The notes under the pieces are model-generated. The model did no database searches. It was not told where the DNA came from and worked only from the letters and a program-made list of their open reading frames with translations. Both the position numbers and the translations under genes were made by a program. A DNA stretch of 64,000 nt, taken from NCBI RefSeq assembly GCF_004010195.1, contig NC_057752.1, positions 2,251,750 to 2,315,749 on the forward strand. Reading direction: 5' to 3'. Of this stretch, positions 1-13,600 are shown one piece after another (within the stretch, counting starts at the first letter, position 1; each line of letters opens with the position of its first letter). The DNA comes from Chiloscyllium plagiosum. Its lineage: Eukaryota.

Positions 1-32
1 CAGTGCTAATCACTGAATCACTGTGCCACCCC
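1..32 (-). mobile_element. 5' end of HE1/V-SINE cut by window edge
   Basis: Reverse complement GGTGGCACAGTGATTCAGTGATTAGCACTG resembles the tRNA-derived head of the copy at 27809-28110. Confidence 0.6.
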
Positions 33-69
33 AATGTCTGGAAGTTCGTTGCATGAAAAGCAGTCACTC

Positions 70-148
70 AAAGAACAAAGAAAATTTACAGCCCAGGAAA
101 AGGCCCTTCAGCCGTCCAACCCTGAGCTGATCCAAATCTACTGTCTAG
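70..148 (-). mobile_element. CR1 LINE 3' tail fragment
   Basis: AAGAACAAAGAA...ACAG...GGCCCTTCAGCC pattern shared with other CR1 3' ends in the window. Confidence 0.55.
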
Positions 149-425
149 ATTAGAGTGGTGCTGGAAAAGCACAGTAGGTCAGACAGCATCCGAGGAGCAG
201 GAAAATTGATGTTTCGGGCAAAAGCCCTTCATCAGGAATAGAGGCAGGGTGCCTGCGGTGGAGAGAGAAATGAGAGGGGCGTGGAGGTGGGGAGAAAGTA
301 GCATAGAGTACAATAGGTGAATGTGTGTGGGGATGGAGGTGATAGGTCAGGGAGGAGGGTGGGGAAAGGTAGAAAAGAGTACAATGGATGAATGGGAAGG
401 AATATAGGCAGGTAGGACAGGTCAC
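149..425 (-). mobile_element. Penelope-like element terminal (pLTR) fragment
   Basis: Reverse complement closely matches 37510-37785, which follows a GIY-YIG coding stretch; contains CTGATGA-stem-GAAA. Confidence 0.85.
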
Positions 426-519
426 TATTTATTTCCCCACATTGTATATCTTCCATATCCTTCTCCACGTAAACACTGATGCATAAAATTCATTTAGTAT
501 TTCCCTGGTGATAGTGAAA

Positions 520-2200
520 GCAAGTGAGAAAGTGTGCTTGTGTAGCCACTAAAGCCACTTAACCAAGCTTCTGTCAGTGGTGAAATCTCTTAATCAATGA
601 AAGTGAAGACATGCACAAGTTGGCACAATGAAGATTTTTGGGGGTTTTGGGGGCATATTGTGTTTGATAAATTGGACCTGCTACTATTTTCCCCACACCG
701 TTTAAATGGTGCAAATGATTGGATGTACCATTTGAAATCGAAGCAGCTCATGAGGAATTTCTACAAGACTCCATGAGGTTCTTGAAACTGAGAAAAAACA
801 GTGTAGCAGTTGCAGTTTAGCCAATGGTAGAAATGGATGACTGCAAGAGAAGCCAGGAGCTTATTGTTGATACATTATGTAGAGCTTGTTTACAGCACTG
901 GCTTGGAAGAGCTAGCAGACCGGTGTCAATTGACAAACGTTCAGAAGCAAAGATTTGAAATCTGCAATATTAGAATAGAATATAAGTTTGTTTTCACCTG
1001 TGCATGAAAAATACAGGGGAAAAAATTTATAACTTATCAACCCACCATGGCACCCACATCAGTGACATGTTACCAATGTAAATAAGGAAAGTGAATGCAT
1101 CCAGAGCGCTTCGCAGTTGGAGAAGTGAATTTACTAGCCTTTGCTGAACAAGGACATAGAAAAAAAACATGACGTGCACCAATTGCTCAAAGACAAACAG
1201 CAAATACCGCAAAAGCCCTGGGAGAAATGACACCTTTTGTTTTTGACTTGAAGGAAATGAACTATTTCATGTTCTGGCTATTATTCAGATTCCTTCAGAA
1301 TAAGACAGGTTTCAAAAAAAAAGATACTCAAGAAGTTCCACTGAAGGTGAGAGCATATCCCAAATGAATTTCTATCAAATAATGGTTCCTGCCCCCCATT
1401 TGATTTGAGAAAATTGCAACAGTTTGCAGTCATTCCACCAGCTCACAAGCCAGACAGAAAGGTAGAGAGTATTCCAAATTGCAAAGGTTTAATCCAGCTC
1501 CTTACTTCAATCCTCCTGGCAATACAATACAGCAAGTGAAACACCAGACAGTTCATTTACTGGATGCTCTAGCCAGATCAAAGACTATTTGACCCTTTCC
1601 CATGAAACTAACAGTGGTAAGTGATATAAAAAGCAAGCTATTCTTCAGGAGCATGAAGGTCCAGCTCCACAGGAAAGGCACCGAAGACCTTACTGAGCTT
1701 TGAGAAGGAGTCATTAGAGTTGTACCAAACAGTGGGAATCAGTTTAGTTCAGTTGGCTGGATTGTTGGTTTACAAAGCAGTGTAATGCCAACAGTGTGGG
1801 TTCAATTCCCATCACCAGTTTGAGGTTACCATGAAGAACTCTCTTTCTCAACCTGTTCCCTTGCCTGAGATCTGGTGGCCCTCAGGTTAAATCACCACCA
1901 ATTGCTTCTCTCTAATGAGGGAGCAGTCCCTATGGTCTGGTCAGACTATGGCGACACCACAAGAATCAGACAGTGGAGGAAGTGGATGGGGATGAATGCA
2001 GTCGACCAGTGTCAGGCCCAAGGATGGAAAGATCTTTAAGAGGAATCGAAGAGCCTCACAAGAATTGGAGCCATTCTTTGTGGATCAACCAGACTACACA
2101 CTCCATAGCACAGATGGTGTGATCCAGGCAGTTCAGAGTTAACGAGCCACAGCAACAGAAACGAAGACTGTGTCTGATCACAACAAAATGGTGAGTTAGA
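520..2200 (+). mobile_element. Highly decayed Gypsy-type pol (RNase H end and integrase)
   Basis: Fragmentary translations KRSQELIVDTLCRA (cf. ADTLSRA), IPQKPWEK, HIPNEFLSNNG (cf. GIPxxLxSDNG), KIFKRNRR; many stops and frameshifts. Confidence 0.6.
1738..1960 (+). mobile_element. tRNA-derived SINE nested in the Gypsy relic
   Basis: A-box-like TAGTTCAGTTGG and B-box-like GGTTCAATTCCC at tRNA-like spacing. Confidence 0.55.
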
Positions 2201-5013
2201 ACATCAACTCATCTCCTGAGAGGAGAAGCTGCAACGAAACCTTGATGAAGAGGCACAGTAGAGTCTTGCAAAAATTCCAGTGATTTTATGGATGAGGGAT
2301 TGGCTTTCAACTGGATGTATATTGTTGTATTATTGTGCCACAGTCAAGTGCAGCACATGCTCAAACTCTTCCCTCTGATCTGGGGTGTGGGAAGGGGTAC
2401 AGGACGTTTATGACTGGCAGCTGCAGATAATTAGCTGACCAGCCAATACCACAGCCCCAAATTCCCTCTGCTCTGCATTTCCAAGTGTGCCTTCTTTTTA
2501 AAGTAAAGATACCAATATGTAGTTCTCTGTTAATTTTGTACTTGTCCTGAAATCACATTGAGTGCATCATGAGGGATGCATAGCCTCTCAGAGGTTTTTA
2601 ATGGAGCTAGCACTGTTTCATACCTTTGTGCTGTTACTAACTCAAGCTTCAGAGGTATTTAGCAGTCAAAGAGGTATACCAGTTGCTATATCGCATTATG
2701 TCCATTTGAAACTTCAAATCTGCAACTGCAGAATGAGGTTCCTGTTTAAATTTTCCTTTTATATGATGTAGAAGAGGGTGGAGGTGCTTTTGGAAGCCAG
2801 GAAGATGAATTATTAGTTGATGGTTTTGCCTTGTGTATGTGTATGTAAACTAATGTGCTTTGCCGATATAGGTAAAGGCATAACAACTACTCAGTTTTCC
2901 AGTTCAGATCACCCTTTTTTAAAAAAAAATCAAATACCTCCAGCTAGCCACGGGAACATAGTTCATTTGGATATGTAAGTGTTAATAGGATCCAAGCTGG
3001 TTGGTGAGATAGAAACCACGACTCATCGCCATTACTTTGTGGAGAGAGTTTATCGACTTGCTCAATCTTACCGCTCTCATCCAACAACCTCAGTGTCCCA
3101 GTTGTTCCTTATTTATGTGTGGATATTTTCTAACCAACCTGTTCAGAGAGGTTATTGCACAGCTCCGGAGCAGGTGTGACTTGAATCTAGGCCTATTGGT
3201 TCAGATGTAGGGATACTACCACTGCACCACAAAAGGCTTTCTTATTTATAAGTGCTTAAAGAAAATTCATACCAACCACCTGTTTCTGCTAACCTTAACA
3301 ATTACATCAAGAAATCTCAACAGTGTGATTGGTTAGACATTGATACAGTATATCGATAACACTTTTCCAAATGCGTCTGTAACAGAAGGGGAAGATTAGC
3401 TCTGGTCATTGTGTGTAGTGACATAGTAAAATGTTGTTTACAATTCTGTAACACTTCATGATCAAAGGTTTGTGGCCTGATTCTTAATGGAATCACTTCC
3501 CAAGTGACACAGCATACAAATTCTTTGGGGTACATTTATAAACAGCACTTCAGAATGTTCAATTTTGTGTTCAATAATTTGATCAATTCAGAAGGGAAGA
3601 CAAAAAGCTTCTTTTGAGAAAACTATGACATCAACTCCATCAGTAAAATGCACTGATTACTTTCATTTCACCTTATTGATGATCAGTCTCTCTCAATGCA
3701 CATTATCTTTGTTTTGCATATCTGATGAAGTTCATTGGATATGTTTTGAACTTCAGGTGGCATAGTAGGTTTGAGCACCGCTGTTGTGGATTTCTAAAAT
3801 GGCAAGATTCAGGGTTAGTTGTAAGTCTGCCCTCTTGGCCAGGCTGCTATGGCTGGATGCCAAGCCGAGGATGGGCATCTCTTTGCAGAGAAGGGAATGA
3901 AGAACATGGATCTAATCTTTTGACACTTGACTCAAGAGTAAGAAGGCAAAAATGCCTGGTATAAGGTTGTCTGGTCAAGCTCTTAGCTTGAAGAAATCTA
4001 TGGTACAGGAAAGTTAGGAAGATGTTTTATAAATGAAATAAATGGTAAAATAATGAAAACCTTTATTGTATTGAATGTTGAGTTTTCTAAATATGAATTT
4101 TGAAAAATGGCACAGCATGGGGAAGGTCAACCTTGTGTTCATGCCTGTGATTTTGTTTTACATGTGTGTTCCCTGTCTTCCTGGAAAGTTGTCCAGTTAA
4201 AAGATCAGGCAGATCTCGAGAAGGGACATGGGGAGGACTGGAGGCAGTCACCCCCAGCGCTGCCTGAGAGCACCTTCAAGTGGCCAGTAATGGTACAGCA
4301 ATGGAATAGAGGCCTCTCAGCCAGAGTATGATGTGTAGTCCTGCAAAATCTAAGGGAGAGAAAACTGGGAAATTCAAACTATACGGCAGAAAAATCTATC
4401 CAACAATCATTTGACTCTTTATCCTTAACAATCTACTAATATTCGCAATCTAATAAAGGAGAAAGTATCTATCTATTCTTGGAATTTGTTTCAAAACTTG
4501 ATTCCACTCCAAGCTGTGCTTTTGCCTACTATCTTGTGATATGCATTGCAAAGAGCTTGTAAAACCCCTTGTATATGCAGGAAATGGCATAAAGATGCTG
4601 TTCTGTAACTTGCATGCGTGCCTCAAATCACCACTGCCTGCTTCCAAACAGCTTATAAGACTGCACGCTCAGCTGTTAACTTGCCCATTGGCCCCGCTTA
4701 TTCACAAACAAAAGTTGGAATGACAGGGTTTAAGCTGAGCAGCAGGAGGATGTGAGATAACTTGTTTAAGAAAATACTGTCACTTGTTTCAAAGATCAAA
4801 ATAGCAGGATCAGAAATATCTGTATGGATTGCTGGATCAATCACTCAAGCAGTTTTATAATATTCATCAGCCAAAGCTCATGACCCTACAGTATAGTACT
4901 TGACTATGCAGTAAGGCGACAGCAGCTTAAACCCTGACCTAAAATTCCTGGTGTATGGTCTCAAAGGCGTTTCTTGTCACACTGATCTTCTTTCTTTCTG
5001 CGTCCTGGTGCAG

Positions 5014-5298
5014 GTTGTCGTCAACGCTTTGGTGGGTGCCATTCCTTCCATTATGAATGTACTGCTGGTCTGTCTCATCTTCTGGCTCATTTTCAGCATA
5101 ATGGGAGTGAACCTTTTTGCTGGAAAGTATTATTATTGTTTTAATGAAACCTCCGAATATAGGTTTCTCCCCTCGGAAATAAACAACAAGACAGATTGTG
5201 AGGCCTTTATAAACCAGACCAGTGATGAAATTCGATGGAAGAATGTGAAGATTAACTTTGACAATGTCGGAGCAGGATATCTGGCTTTGCTGCAAGTG
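5014..5298 (+). CDS. SCN8A: Nav1.6-like sodium channel internal exon (DIII S4-S5 linker, S5, extracellular loop, start of P-loop)
   Basis: Pyrimidine tract and CAG acceptor (5011-5013), GTACGT donor (5299). 285 nt, phase 0/0. Translates [48 protein letters not shown]...[29 protein letters not shown] and NNKT are Nav1.6-like. Confidence 0.93.
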
Positions 5299-5599
5299 GT
5301 ACGTTTCTTTCCTATTTTGGCACTGCTAATAGACTTTTATGTATGTGTTGATGCCCAACACCAAATTACGTTGATGTAGTGCCTTTAATATCCCATCAAG
5401 GTAAGGGAAGATAGCCCTGGGAATGGAGTATTTTCCAACTCTGGCACCCAGGCATCCAGGTACACACATGTGCATGGATGTGTTCTTTTGTGCATCTGTA
5501 CATTTATTTTTATTTCCACTCTGACCACTCATCTCAGACTCATGTGGATCTCGTTGCAAATTTGAGATACACTGGCAATAATATTCCTTCTATAATCTG

Positions 5600-6830
5600 G
5601 GAATGGGATACATGGCACAGAAACAGGCCATTCAGCCCAACTAGTCCCTGCCAATGCAGCCCCCTCCTATCTTTATTCATCTGAATTCTTTTCGTGAGGA
5701 GCTTTCTGTTCCCTTCTCTCTCATATGCTCGTCTGGCTTTCCCTTAGATGAATCTATCCTACTTCCCTGTAGCCATTCCGTATGGGAGGGTGTTCTACAT
5801 CCTCACCACTCTCTGGGTGAAGACACTTCTTCTGAATTCCCTATGGGAATTTCTCAGTGACTGTCTTATATTAATGACCTCCAATTCTGCTGTTCCCCAC
5901 AAAAACAGAAAATTGAATCCGGAGTAGGCCATTTGGCCCTTTGAGCCTTCTTGAAAACATTCAGTGGTTTGGTCTTAACCATTTTCTGTGGTAGAGAATT
6001 CCACAGGCTCCTCTGGGTGAAGACATCTCTCCTCATCTCAGTCCGAAATGGCCTACCCTGTATCCTTAGACTGTGACGCCCTGGTTCTGGACTCCCCGGT
6101 CATCGGGAACATCCATCCTGCACCAACTCTGTCTAGTCCTGTTAGAATTTTATAGCTTTCTATGAGATTTCCCCCCCTCATTCTTTTAAACTCCAGTGAA
6201 TATATTCCTCACTGATTCAGTCCCTCTACATACATCAGTCCTGCCATTGCAGGAATCAGTCTGGTAAACTGCACTCCCTCCATTGCCAGAACATCCTTCC
6301 TCAGATAAGGAGATCAAAACTGCACGCAGTACTCCAGGGGTGGTCTCACCAAGGCCCTGCACAATAGCAGCAAGACCTTCCTGCTCCTGTACTCAAATCC
6401 TCTCGCTATGAAGGCCAACCTACCATTTGCTTTCTTCACTGCCTGCTGTACTTGCAATAATTACTTTCTGCATTTGGTGTTCAAGGACACCCAGGTCTCA
6501 TTCCCCCTTTCCCAATCTATCACCATTCAGATAATGATATGCCTTCCTGTTTTTGCTCCCAAAGTCAGTACCTTCACATTTATTCATGTTATACTGCATC
6601 TGCCATGCATGTGCCCAGTCAGCCTGTCCAAGTCACTCACAGCTCACCCTCTCACCCAGCTTTGTGGAAGCACTCTCTCTGCGTCCACTCAACCAAAAAT
6701 CTTTCATCATTTTAAAGACCTCCTGTTAGATCAGTCCTCAGCTGCTTTTTTATAAGAAAGGTGGCACCCAGCCTGACAATCCTTTCCTGATAGGTGTACC
6801 CACACATTCCTGGGCTCACCCTTGTGAATC
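5600..6830 (-). mobile_element. Nested CR1 LINE 3' fragments
   Basis: Two CR1 3' ends (~5605, ~5915); minus-strand LYRALVRPPLEYCVQF-type RT C-terminus near 6320-6360. Confidence 0.75.
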
Positions 6831-7432
6831 TGCAGGAGTTAGGGGACTGGAATGGAAATGAGGCAACATTGCTCAAGATTTTATTAGGAGATTAAAGTGG
6901 ATCGGGTGGTAACTCTGACCAAATTGTCACGTGAATTATAGAAAGGGACAAGTGTTCTTTTCTTCAGCACATCTTGTGATACTTTGAGAAATTGAAGAGG
7001 GCAAATCCACCAATGTCACTCTCCCAGCAGAGAGAGAGAGGTCAAGCAAGGAAAAATGCAATTAAAATGTGGAAATGACACTTTGCAGTCTGAACTGGTT
7101 TTGTGTACTGAAAACAGAACTCCAGTTTGGACCACTATCAGTTCTTTCCGCATTTTGTGGTTTTCTTTTTACCCTCTTCTTTCAGAATTGTTGCAGTGTT
7201 GTTGTGACCTTCTCCTCCAAAACATGTTCACTTCAAGCCACTGGAGTGCAGGACTGATGAATTTGATTTCTAATAACATTTCTTGAGTGAAATAAACAAG
7301 ATTTCATTGAACATGTGGGAGTACTTGGCATAGATTCATGTCCTGTGTTGGTGAAATGCTAAATTCTGGTCATAGTGCAAAAGAGTTGAATGCAGCACAT
7401 TATTCACTGGGTGTTCATTTGATCATTTTCAG

Positions 7433-7486
7433 GCTACCTTCAAAGGTTGGATGGAAATCATGTATGCAGCTGTTGATTCACGAAAG
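7433..7486 (+). CDS. SCN8A: Nav1.6-like 54-nt exon with the DIII selectivity-filter Lys (ATFKGWMEIMYAAVDSRK)
   Basis: TTTTCAG acceptor, GTAAGT donor, in frame with the previous exon; matches the conserved 54-nt Nav exon. Not in the supplied ORF track. Confidence 0.93.
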
Positions 7487-8639
7487 GTAAGTGCAACAAG
7501 ATGGATGGTGTGTTTTCCATGATGTTGAGGCATCAGTGATATCCTAAGTGACCCAGTATAAGGCAAGCAGCAGCTTGCAACTCTCCTCTGTTCCAGAAAT
7601 GTTGCAATGCCAAAAGGAAAATAGAGATGGAACTTCTCAACATGGTTTGGGTAAAGCCATTTTGCCATACAAGGCAGAAATACCTAGGTTTGATGCCAGG
7701 TCTGTGCTGAGTTAGCAAGGTGCCAGCCTGGGCACCATATTCTGCCACCTGTGTATTCTAGGCAAGAGGTACATGATAGCGGCTAGCATTTCTGCTTCTG
7801 CTCACTGTCAGGTCTCCTGCTGGAAAATGCACTTGGCTAGCCATGAGGTGAAACCACAGTTGGCAGCCACCTCAGACCTGCTCGGTGGTCAGTTGGCCGT
7901 CCATTGAAGAGGTTGACTGCTCTTCACTTGCAAATCTGCCCAGCCAAAACATCAGCACCTACTGGGGTAGAAGCAAAAGGTGACAGTGCATTCTGTTTAC
8001 ATGATCAAAGCAATTCCTAATTTAAAAATCCAGGCATGACCAGAGATGTGTGCCTGGACCTTGCAGAAGTCCTGGTAGCGTAACCTCCCAATGGAATGAG
8101 CTGGGAAGTTTGAACTTCTGGTGTTGCAATTTCCCTGTTCCTTGGAACTCTCTGAAAAAGTCTCTAAGTCCTGAGTTCAAGCAGAAAACCTGCAACAGTT
8201 CTGATGTACTTACCCAGATAGTGAGAGAGAAACCTTCAGCTAAGTCCTGGGCAATGACACAACTGTCTCCTTCCCTCCCAAACCCACCAACCAAACATTC
8301 ACATTTTCCCCTCAATCCCTCCTGTCCTCCCTCCTCCTCCTTCCCTGCCCCCAGCCACACGACTACAACGCTAACCCCACTGGACTAGAAGATAACTCAA
8401 GAACCCCTCGTGTCCTGATCCAACTACCTCAAACCAACCTCACTCACCTCACCGCCCTATCCCTCTCCACACTACCCACCTGCCTATGATCCATCTTTCA
8501 CCTTACTCTCTGGTGGGCTTGTACCTGGAATTATGGCCCCCAGCGTGATGGTCCTACTTACTGAGAGTCACCAGCCTCTGATGTTGGGGATTCCCAAGTG
8601 CCCAGCGATTTGGAGGACCCAAGAAATTTGTGGATGTTA

Positions 8640-8960
8640 TCTGTTTTCAAATTCCTCCTTGACCTAACTCTGTATTCCCCTCCAGTCCCATGACTCTCTG
8701 ACATCTCTGCACACCTCTCGTCCTAGACTCTGGAGCTTCCCTGGTTTGAATCACTTCACAATTGGTGATCTTGCCTTCAACCAGCCAAGTCCCAGAGCTC
8801 TGGAACTCCTGCCCTAAACCACCCTCTCATACATTAAGGGGTTCATTTGAAACTATCACTTTGGGCAAGCTTTTAATCAACTGTCCTGCAATATTCTCAT
8901 GCAGTTTGTGTCAAATGTTGCAACATAATACTCTGTTGAAACTGCTTCAATGTTTTATTG
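8640..8960 (+). mobile_element. Decayed L2-like LINE 3' end
   Basis: ...GCCTTCAAC...CTCTGGAACTCCTGCCCT (AF...LWNSLP-like) C-terminal motif. Confidence 0.4.
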
Positions 8961-9489
8961 CGATGAGGGCGCCTGTGGAAGTTTTAGTTGTTGTTGTAGG
9001 GTGCGTAGATACGTCGGATGACAGGGAGGTCTTTCTGAACCCTGCTCAGGAGTTTGCTGCCCTGGACTTTCTGCGTCCTGCATCCCAGTCAGCTGTAGCA
9101 GGGTGGTGGGGTCTCTGGATGAAAGCATAAATAAAAAATTGGGAATCTGTCAAAAGGCCAGGCTAGTTGGTTAGCAATATTGATAAAGTAGCTGTTGACA
9201 GGAGAGACTTCGGTAACAGTGCTCACAGACCGTGAAACCACAGTGGGGTGAGTAAAGCAGCAACATGGGAAACAGCACTCTGACTGAGGTAGGCGACAAA
9301 TAGTGTGCTAACAGTGAAAAGGTAATCAGGGTGTGTAAAAGCAGAGATTAGCAAAACATCGCCAAGGCAACATGGTTTTAACAGGAGACTTTAGTTCCTG
9401 CATTGACTGAGAGAGAAGCAGCTTCACTCAAGTCGTGATGAAGTGAATAAATTTGTAGCAGTTTTCCAGGACAATCCGAGCTGTAGCTG

Positions 9490-10370
9490 CAACAAAAACA
9501 GAAATTGCTGGAGAAACTCAGCAGCATCTGTGTAGAGAGAAACAGAGTTGACATTTCGAGCCTGGTGTGACTCTACTTCAAATCAAATAACATACGGGGG
9601 TGAGGGTGAGGGAGGGAGAGAGAAGAAAGAGTGAGCAGATAAATGGAGACAGAGTCCAGAGAGAGAGAGACCAAAAAGGATAGTAGACTACAGAAGAATA
9701 AAAGCTTGATGGGTAATGATGGGGACCATGAGTGGGTGAGAATGGGCTGGCTGTGCTGAAAGCAGTTGAGAGTCAGTAGTGCTGGAAATGCACAGCAGGT
9801 CAGGCAGCAGCCGAGGAGCAAGAGAGTCAACATTTCAGGCATAAGCCCTTCATCAGGAATGCTAAAAGCAGCTCATGTGATAACAGGATCTGGATGTGGG
9901 GCTGGGGAAAGGACATGGAAGAAGGTGCTCAGGCTCTAAAATGCTTGAGCTCAATATTGAGAAGGCTGCAGGGTCCACAAGTGGAAAACGAGATGCTGTT
10001 CTTCCAGTCTGCGCTGAGCTTAATTGAAGCCCTGCAGTCGGCGTGACATTGAAATGTTGTCATGGGAACAGGCTGGTATCTTGAAGTAACAGGCAACTAG
10101 AAGCTCAGGGTTATTTTTGTGGACAGAGCGTAGGTGTTCTGCGAACTGGTCACCCAGTCTATACTTCATTTCCCCAATATAGAGGAGACCACATTGTGAG
10201 CAGTGAATACAGTAGATTAAATTGTATGAAGTGCAGGTAAAGTGCTGCTTCAGCTGGAAGGTATGTTTGGGCCCTTCAATATTGAGGAGGTAAACAGGCA
10301 GGTGTCACACCTTCTGCGATTGCATGGGAAGGTGCCTTGGGGCTGTGGGGAGGTGTTGGGAGTGGAGTGT
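9490..10370 (-). mobile_element. Penelope-like element (GIY-YIG end plus pLTR) with a second pLTR fragment nested at ~9770-9862
   Basis: Minus strand reads IEGPKHTFQLKQHFTCTSYNLIYCIHCSQCGLLYIGEMKYRLGDQFAEH at ~10135-10282. Confidence 0.85.
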
Positions 10371-10684
10371 GAATGATTAATTGGATGTCCGTTGTTGTTT
10401 GCATGCTTACTGACCTGGATAATCCATTACACATGCCATGACACAGCTGGTGGGTGATTTAAGTGATGCTCACTGGTACCTGATTCCGAAAGGATCCTCT
10501 TTGGGGAGATACATGACCACCAATCCGACTTATTAGTACTAGTTTTGTGTACTTTCTAATAGGAAGTGGTGAAAGGTGACTGTATGAAGTATTGGCTGAC
10601 GAGGCTCATTCTTGAGTAACAAGAACAGTTTATTACACACCAGTAAGATAACAAATTATATAGAGTATCTCCTAAGAGATTCCA

Positions 10685-13600
10685 CCTGCCATGTTATGGT
10701 TACAGAGCTGGTGTGTTGTGGCTACAGAGAGGGAGTGTTGTATTTACAGTGCCAGTGTATTGTGATTATGGAGCTAGCATGTTGTGGTTACAGTGCTGGT
10801 GTGTTGTGGTTACAGTAGTGTGTTGTGGTTATGGAACTGGCATGTTGTGCTTACACTACTGATGTATTTTGGTTATGGAGTTGACACATTGTGCTTACAG
10901 TGGCGTGTTGTGGTTATAGAGCTGGTGTGTTGTGGATATGAAGCTGGTGTGTTGTAATTATGGGGCTATCATATTGTGGATAGGAAGATGGGGTGTTGTG
11001 GTTATAGAGCTGGTGTGTTGTAGTTATGGAGCTGGCATGTTGTATTTACAGTGTCATGTTGTGGTTACAGTGCTGGTGTGTTGTGGTTATGGAGCTGGCA
11101 TGTTGCAGTTACAATGCTGGAGTGTTGTGGTTATGTGGCTGGCATGTTGTGGTTACGGTGCTGGTGTGTTGTGGTTATGGAGCTGGCATGTTGCAGTTAC
11201 AGTGCTGGAGTGTTGTGGTTATGTGGCTGGCATGTTGTGGTTACGGTGCTGGTGTGTTGTGGTTATGGAGCTGGCATGTTGCAGTTACAGTGCTGGAGTG
11301 TTGTGGTTATGTGGCTGGCATGTTGTGGTTACGGTGCTGGTGTGTTGTGGTTATGGAGCTGGCATGTTGCAGTTACAGTGCTGGAGTGTTGTGGTTATGT
11401 GGCTGGCATGTTGTGGTTACGGTGCTGGTGTGTTGTGGTTATGGAGCTGGCATGTTGCAGTTACAGTGCTGGAGTGTTGTGGTTATGTGGCTGGCATGTT
11501 GTGGTTACGGTGCTGGTGTGTTGTGGTTATGGAGCTGGCATGTTGCAGTTACAGTGCTGGAGTGTTGTGGTTATGTGGCTGGCATGTTGTGGTTACGGTG
11601 CTGGTGTGTTGTGGTTATGGAGCTGGCATGTTGCAGTTACAGTGCTGGAGTGTTGTGGTTATGTGGCTGGCATGTTGTGGTTACGGTGCTGGTGTGTTGT
11701 GGTTATGGAGCTGGCATGTTGCAGTTACAGTGCTGGAGTGTTGTGGTTATGTGGCTGGCATGTTGTGGTTACGGTGCTGGTGTGTTGTGGTTATGGAGCT
11801 GGCATGTTGCAGTTACAGTGCTGGAGTGTTGTGGTTATGTGGCTGGCATGTTGTGGTTACGGTGCTGGTGTGTTGTGGTTATGGAGCTGGCATGTTGCAG
11901 TTACAGTGCTGGAGTGTTGTGGTTATGTGGCTGGCATGTTGTGGTTACGGTGCTGGTGTGTTGTGGTTATGGAGCTGGCATGTTGCAGTTACAGTGCTGG
12001 AGTGTTGTGGTTATGTGGCTGGCATGTTGTGGTTACGGTGCTGGTGTGTTGTGGTTATGGAGCTGGCATGTTGCAGTTACAGTGCTGGAGTGTTGTGGTT
12101 ATGTGGCTGGCATGTTGTGGTTACGGTGCTGGTGTGTTGTGGTTATGGAGCTGGCATGTTGCAGTTACAGTGCTGGAGTGTTGTGGTTATGTGGCTGGCA
12201 TGTTGTGGTTACGGTGCTGGTGTGTTGTGGTTATGGAGCTGGCATGTTGCAGTTACAGTGCTGGAGTGTTGTGGTTATGTGGCTGGCATGTTGTGGTTAC
12301 GGTGCTGGTGTGTTGTGGTTATGGAGCTGGCATGTTGCAGTTACAGTGCTGGAGTGTTGTGGTTATGTGGCTGGCATGTTGTGGTTACGGTGCTGGTGTG
12401 TTGTGGTTAAGCTGGTGTGTTGTGGATATGCAGCTGGTGTGTTCTGTGTATGAATCTGGCGTGTTGTGGGTATGTAGCTGGTGTGTTGTGGATATGCAGC
12501 TGGTGTGTTGTGGGTATGTAGCTGGTATGTTGTGGATATGCAGCTGGTGTGTTCTGTGTATGAATCTGGCGTGTTGTGGGTATGACGCTGGCGTGTTGTG
12601 GGTATGAATCTGGCGTGTTGTGGATATAAAGCTGATGTGTTGTGGGTATGAAGCTGGCGTTTTGTGGATATGTAGCTGGTGTGTTGTGGATATGCAGCTC
12701 GTGTGTTGTGGGTATGAAGCTGGCGTGTTGGGGATACGAAGCTGGCGTGTTGTGGTTATGAAGCTGGCGTGTTGTGGATACGAAGCTGGCGTGTTGTGGG
12801 TATGAAGCTGGCATGTTGTGGATATGAAGCTGGTGTATTGTGGATATGACGCTGGTCTGTTGTGGGTATGAAGCTGGCATGTTGTGGATATAGAGCTGGT
12901 GTTGTGGATCTGAAGCTGGTGTGTTATGGAACTGGCATGTTGTGGTTACAGTGCTGGCATATTGTGCTTACACTACTGATGTATTTTGGTTATGGAGTTG
13001 ACACATTGTGCTTACAGTGGTGTGTTGTAATTATGGGGCTGTCATATTGTGGATATGAAGCTGGGGTGTTGTGGTTATAGAGCTGGTGCGTTGTGGATAT
13101 GAAGCTGGTGTGTTGTAATTATGGGGCTGTCATATTGTGGATATGAAGCTGGGGTGTTGTGGTTATAGAGCTGGTGTGTTGTAGTTATGGAGCTGGCATG
13201 TTGTATTTACAGTGTCATGTTGTGGTTACAGTGCTGGTGTGTTGTGGTTATGGAGCTGGCGTGTTGTGGTTACGGTGCTGGTGTGTTGTGGTTATGGAGC
13301 TGGCATGTTGTATATACAGTGTCGTGTTGTGGTTACAGTGCTGGTGTGTTGTGGGTATGGAGCTAGCATTTTGCAGTTACAGTGCTGGTGTGTTGTGGTT
13401 ATGGAGTTGGCATGTTGTAGTTACGATGCTGGCGTGTTGTGGTTACAGTGGTGTGTTGTGGTTATGGAGCTGGCACGTTGTGGTTATGGAGCTGGCATGT
13501 TGTGGTTGTGGTTACGGTGCTGGTGTGTTTTGGTAATGTAGCTGGCATGTTGTGGATACTGTGTCATGTTGTGGTTACAGTGCTGGTGTTTTGTGGTTAT

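Noticed and set aside
1738..1815. tRNA genes at SINE heads (also ~28040-28110)
   Set aside because: A and B boxes continue into SINE bodies; no complete cloverleaf evident.
1..5013. Upstream alternative exons (18A/18N) of SCN8A
   Set aside because: No LRALRPLRALSRFEGMR-coding segment found; the RALR near 1104 lies in the Gypsy relic. Probably upstream of the window.
10932..12607. Three overlapping ~500-aa Cys/Trp/Val-rich ORFs
   Set aside because: An 88-bp stop-free unit (88 mod 3 = 1) gives the same peptide in all three frames; intronic satellite, not a gene.
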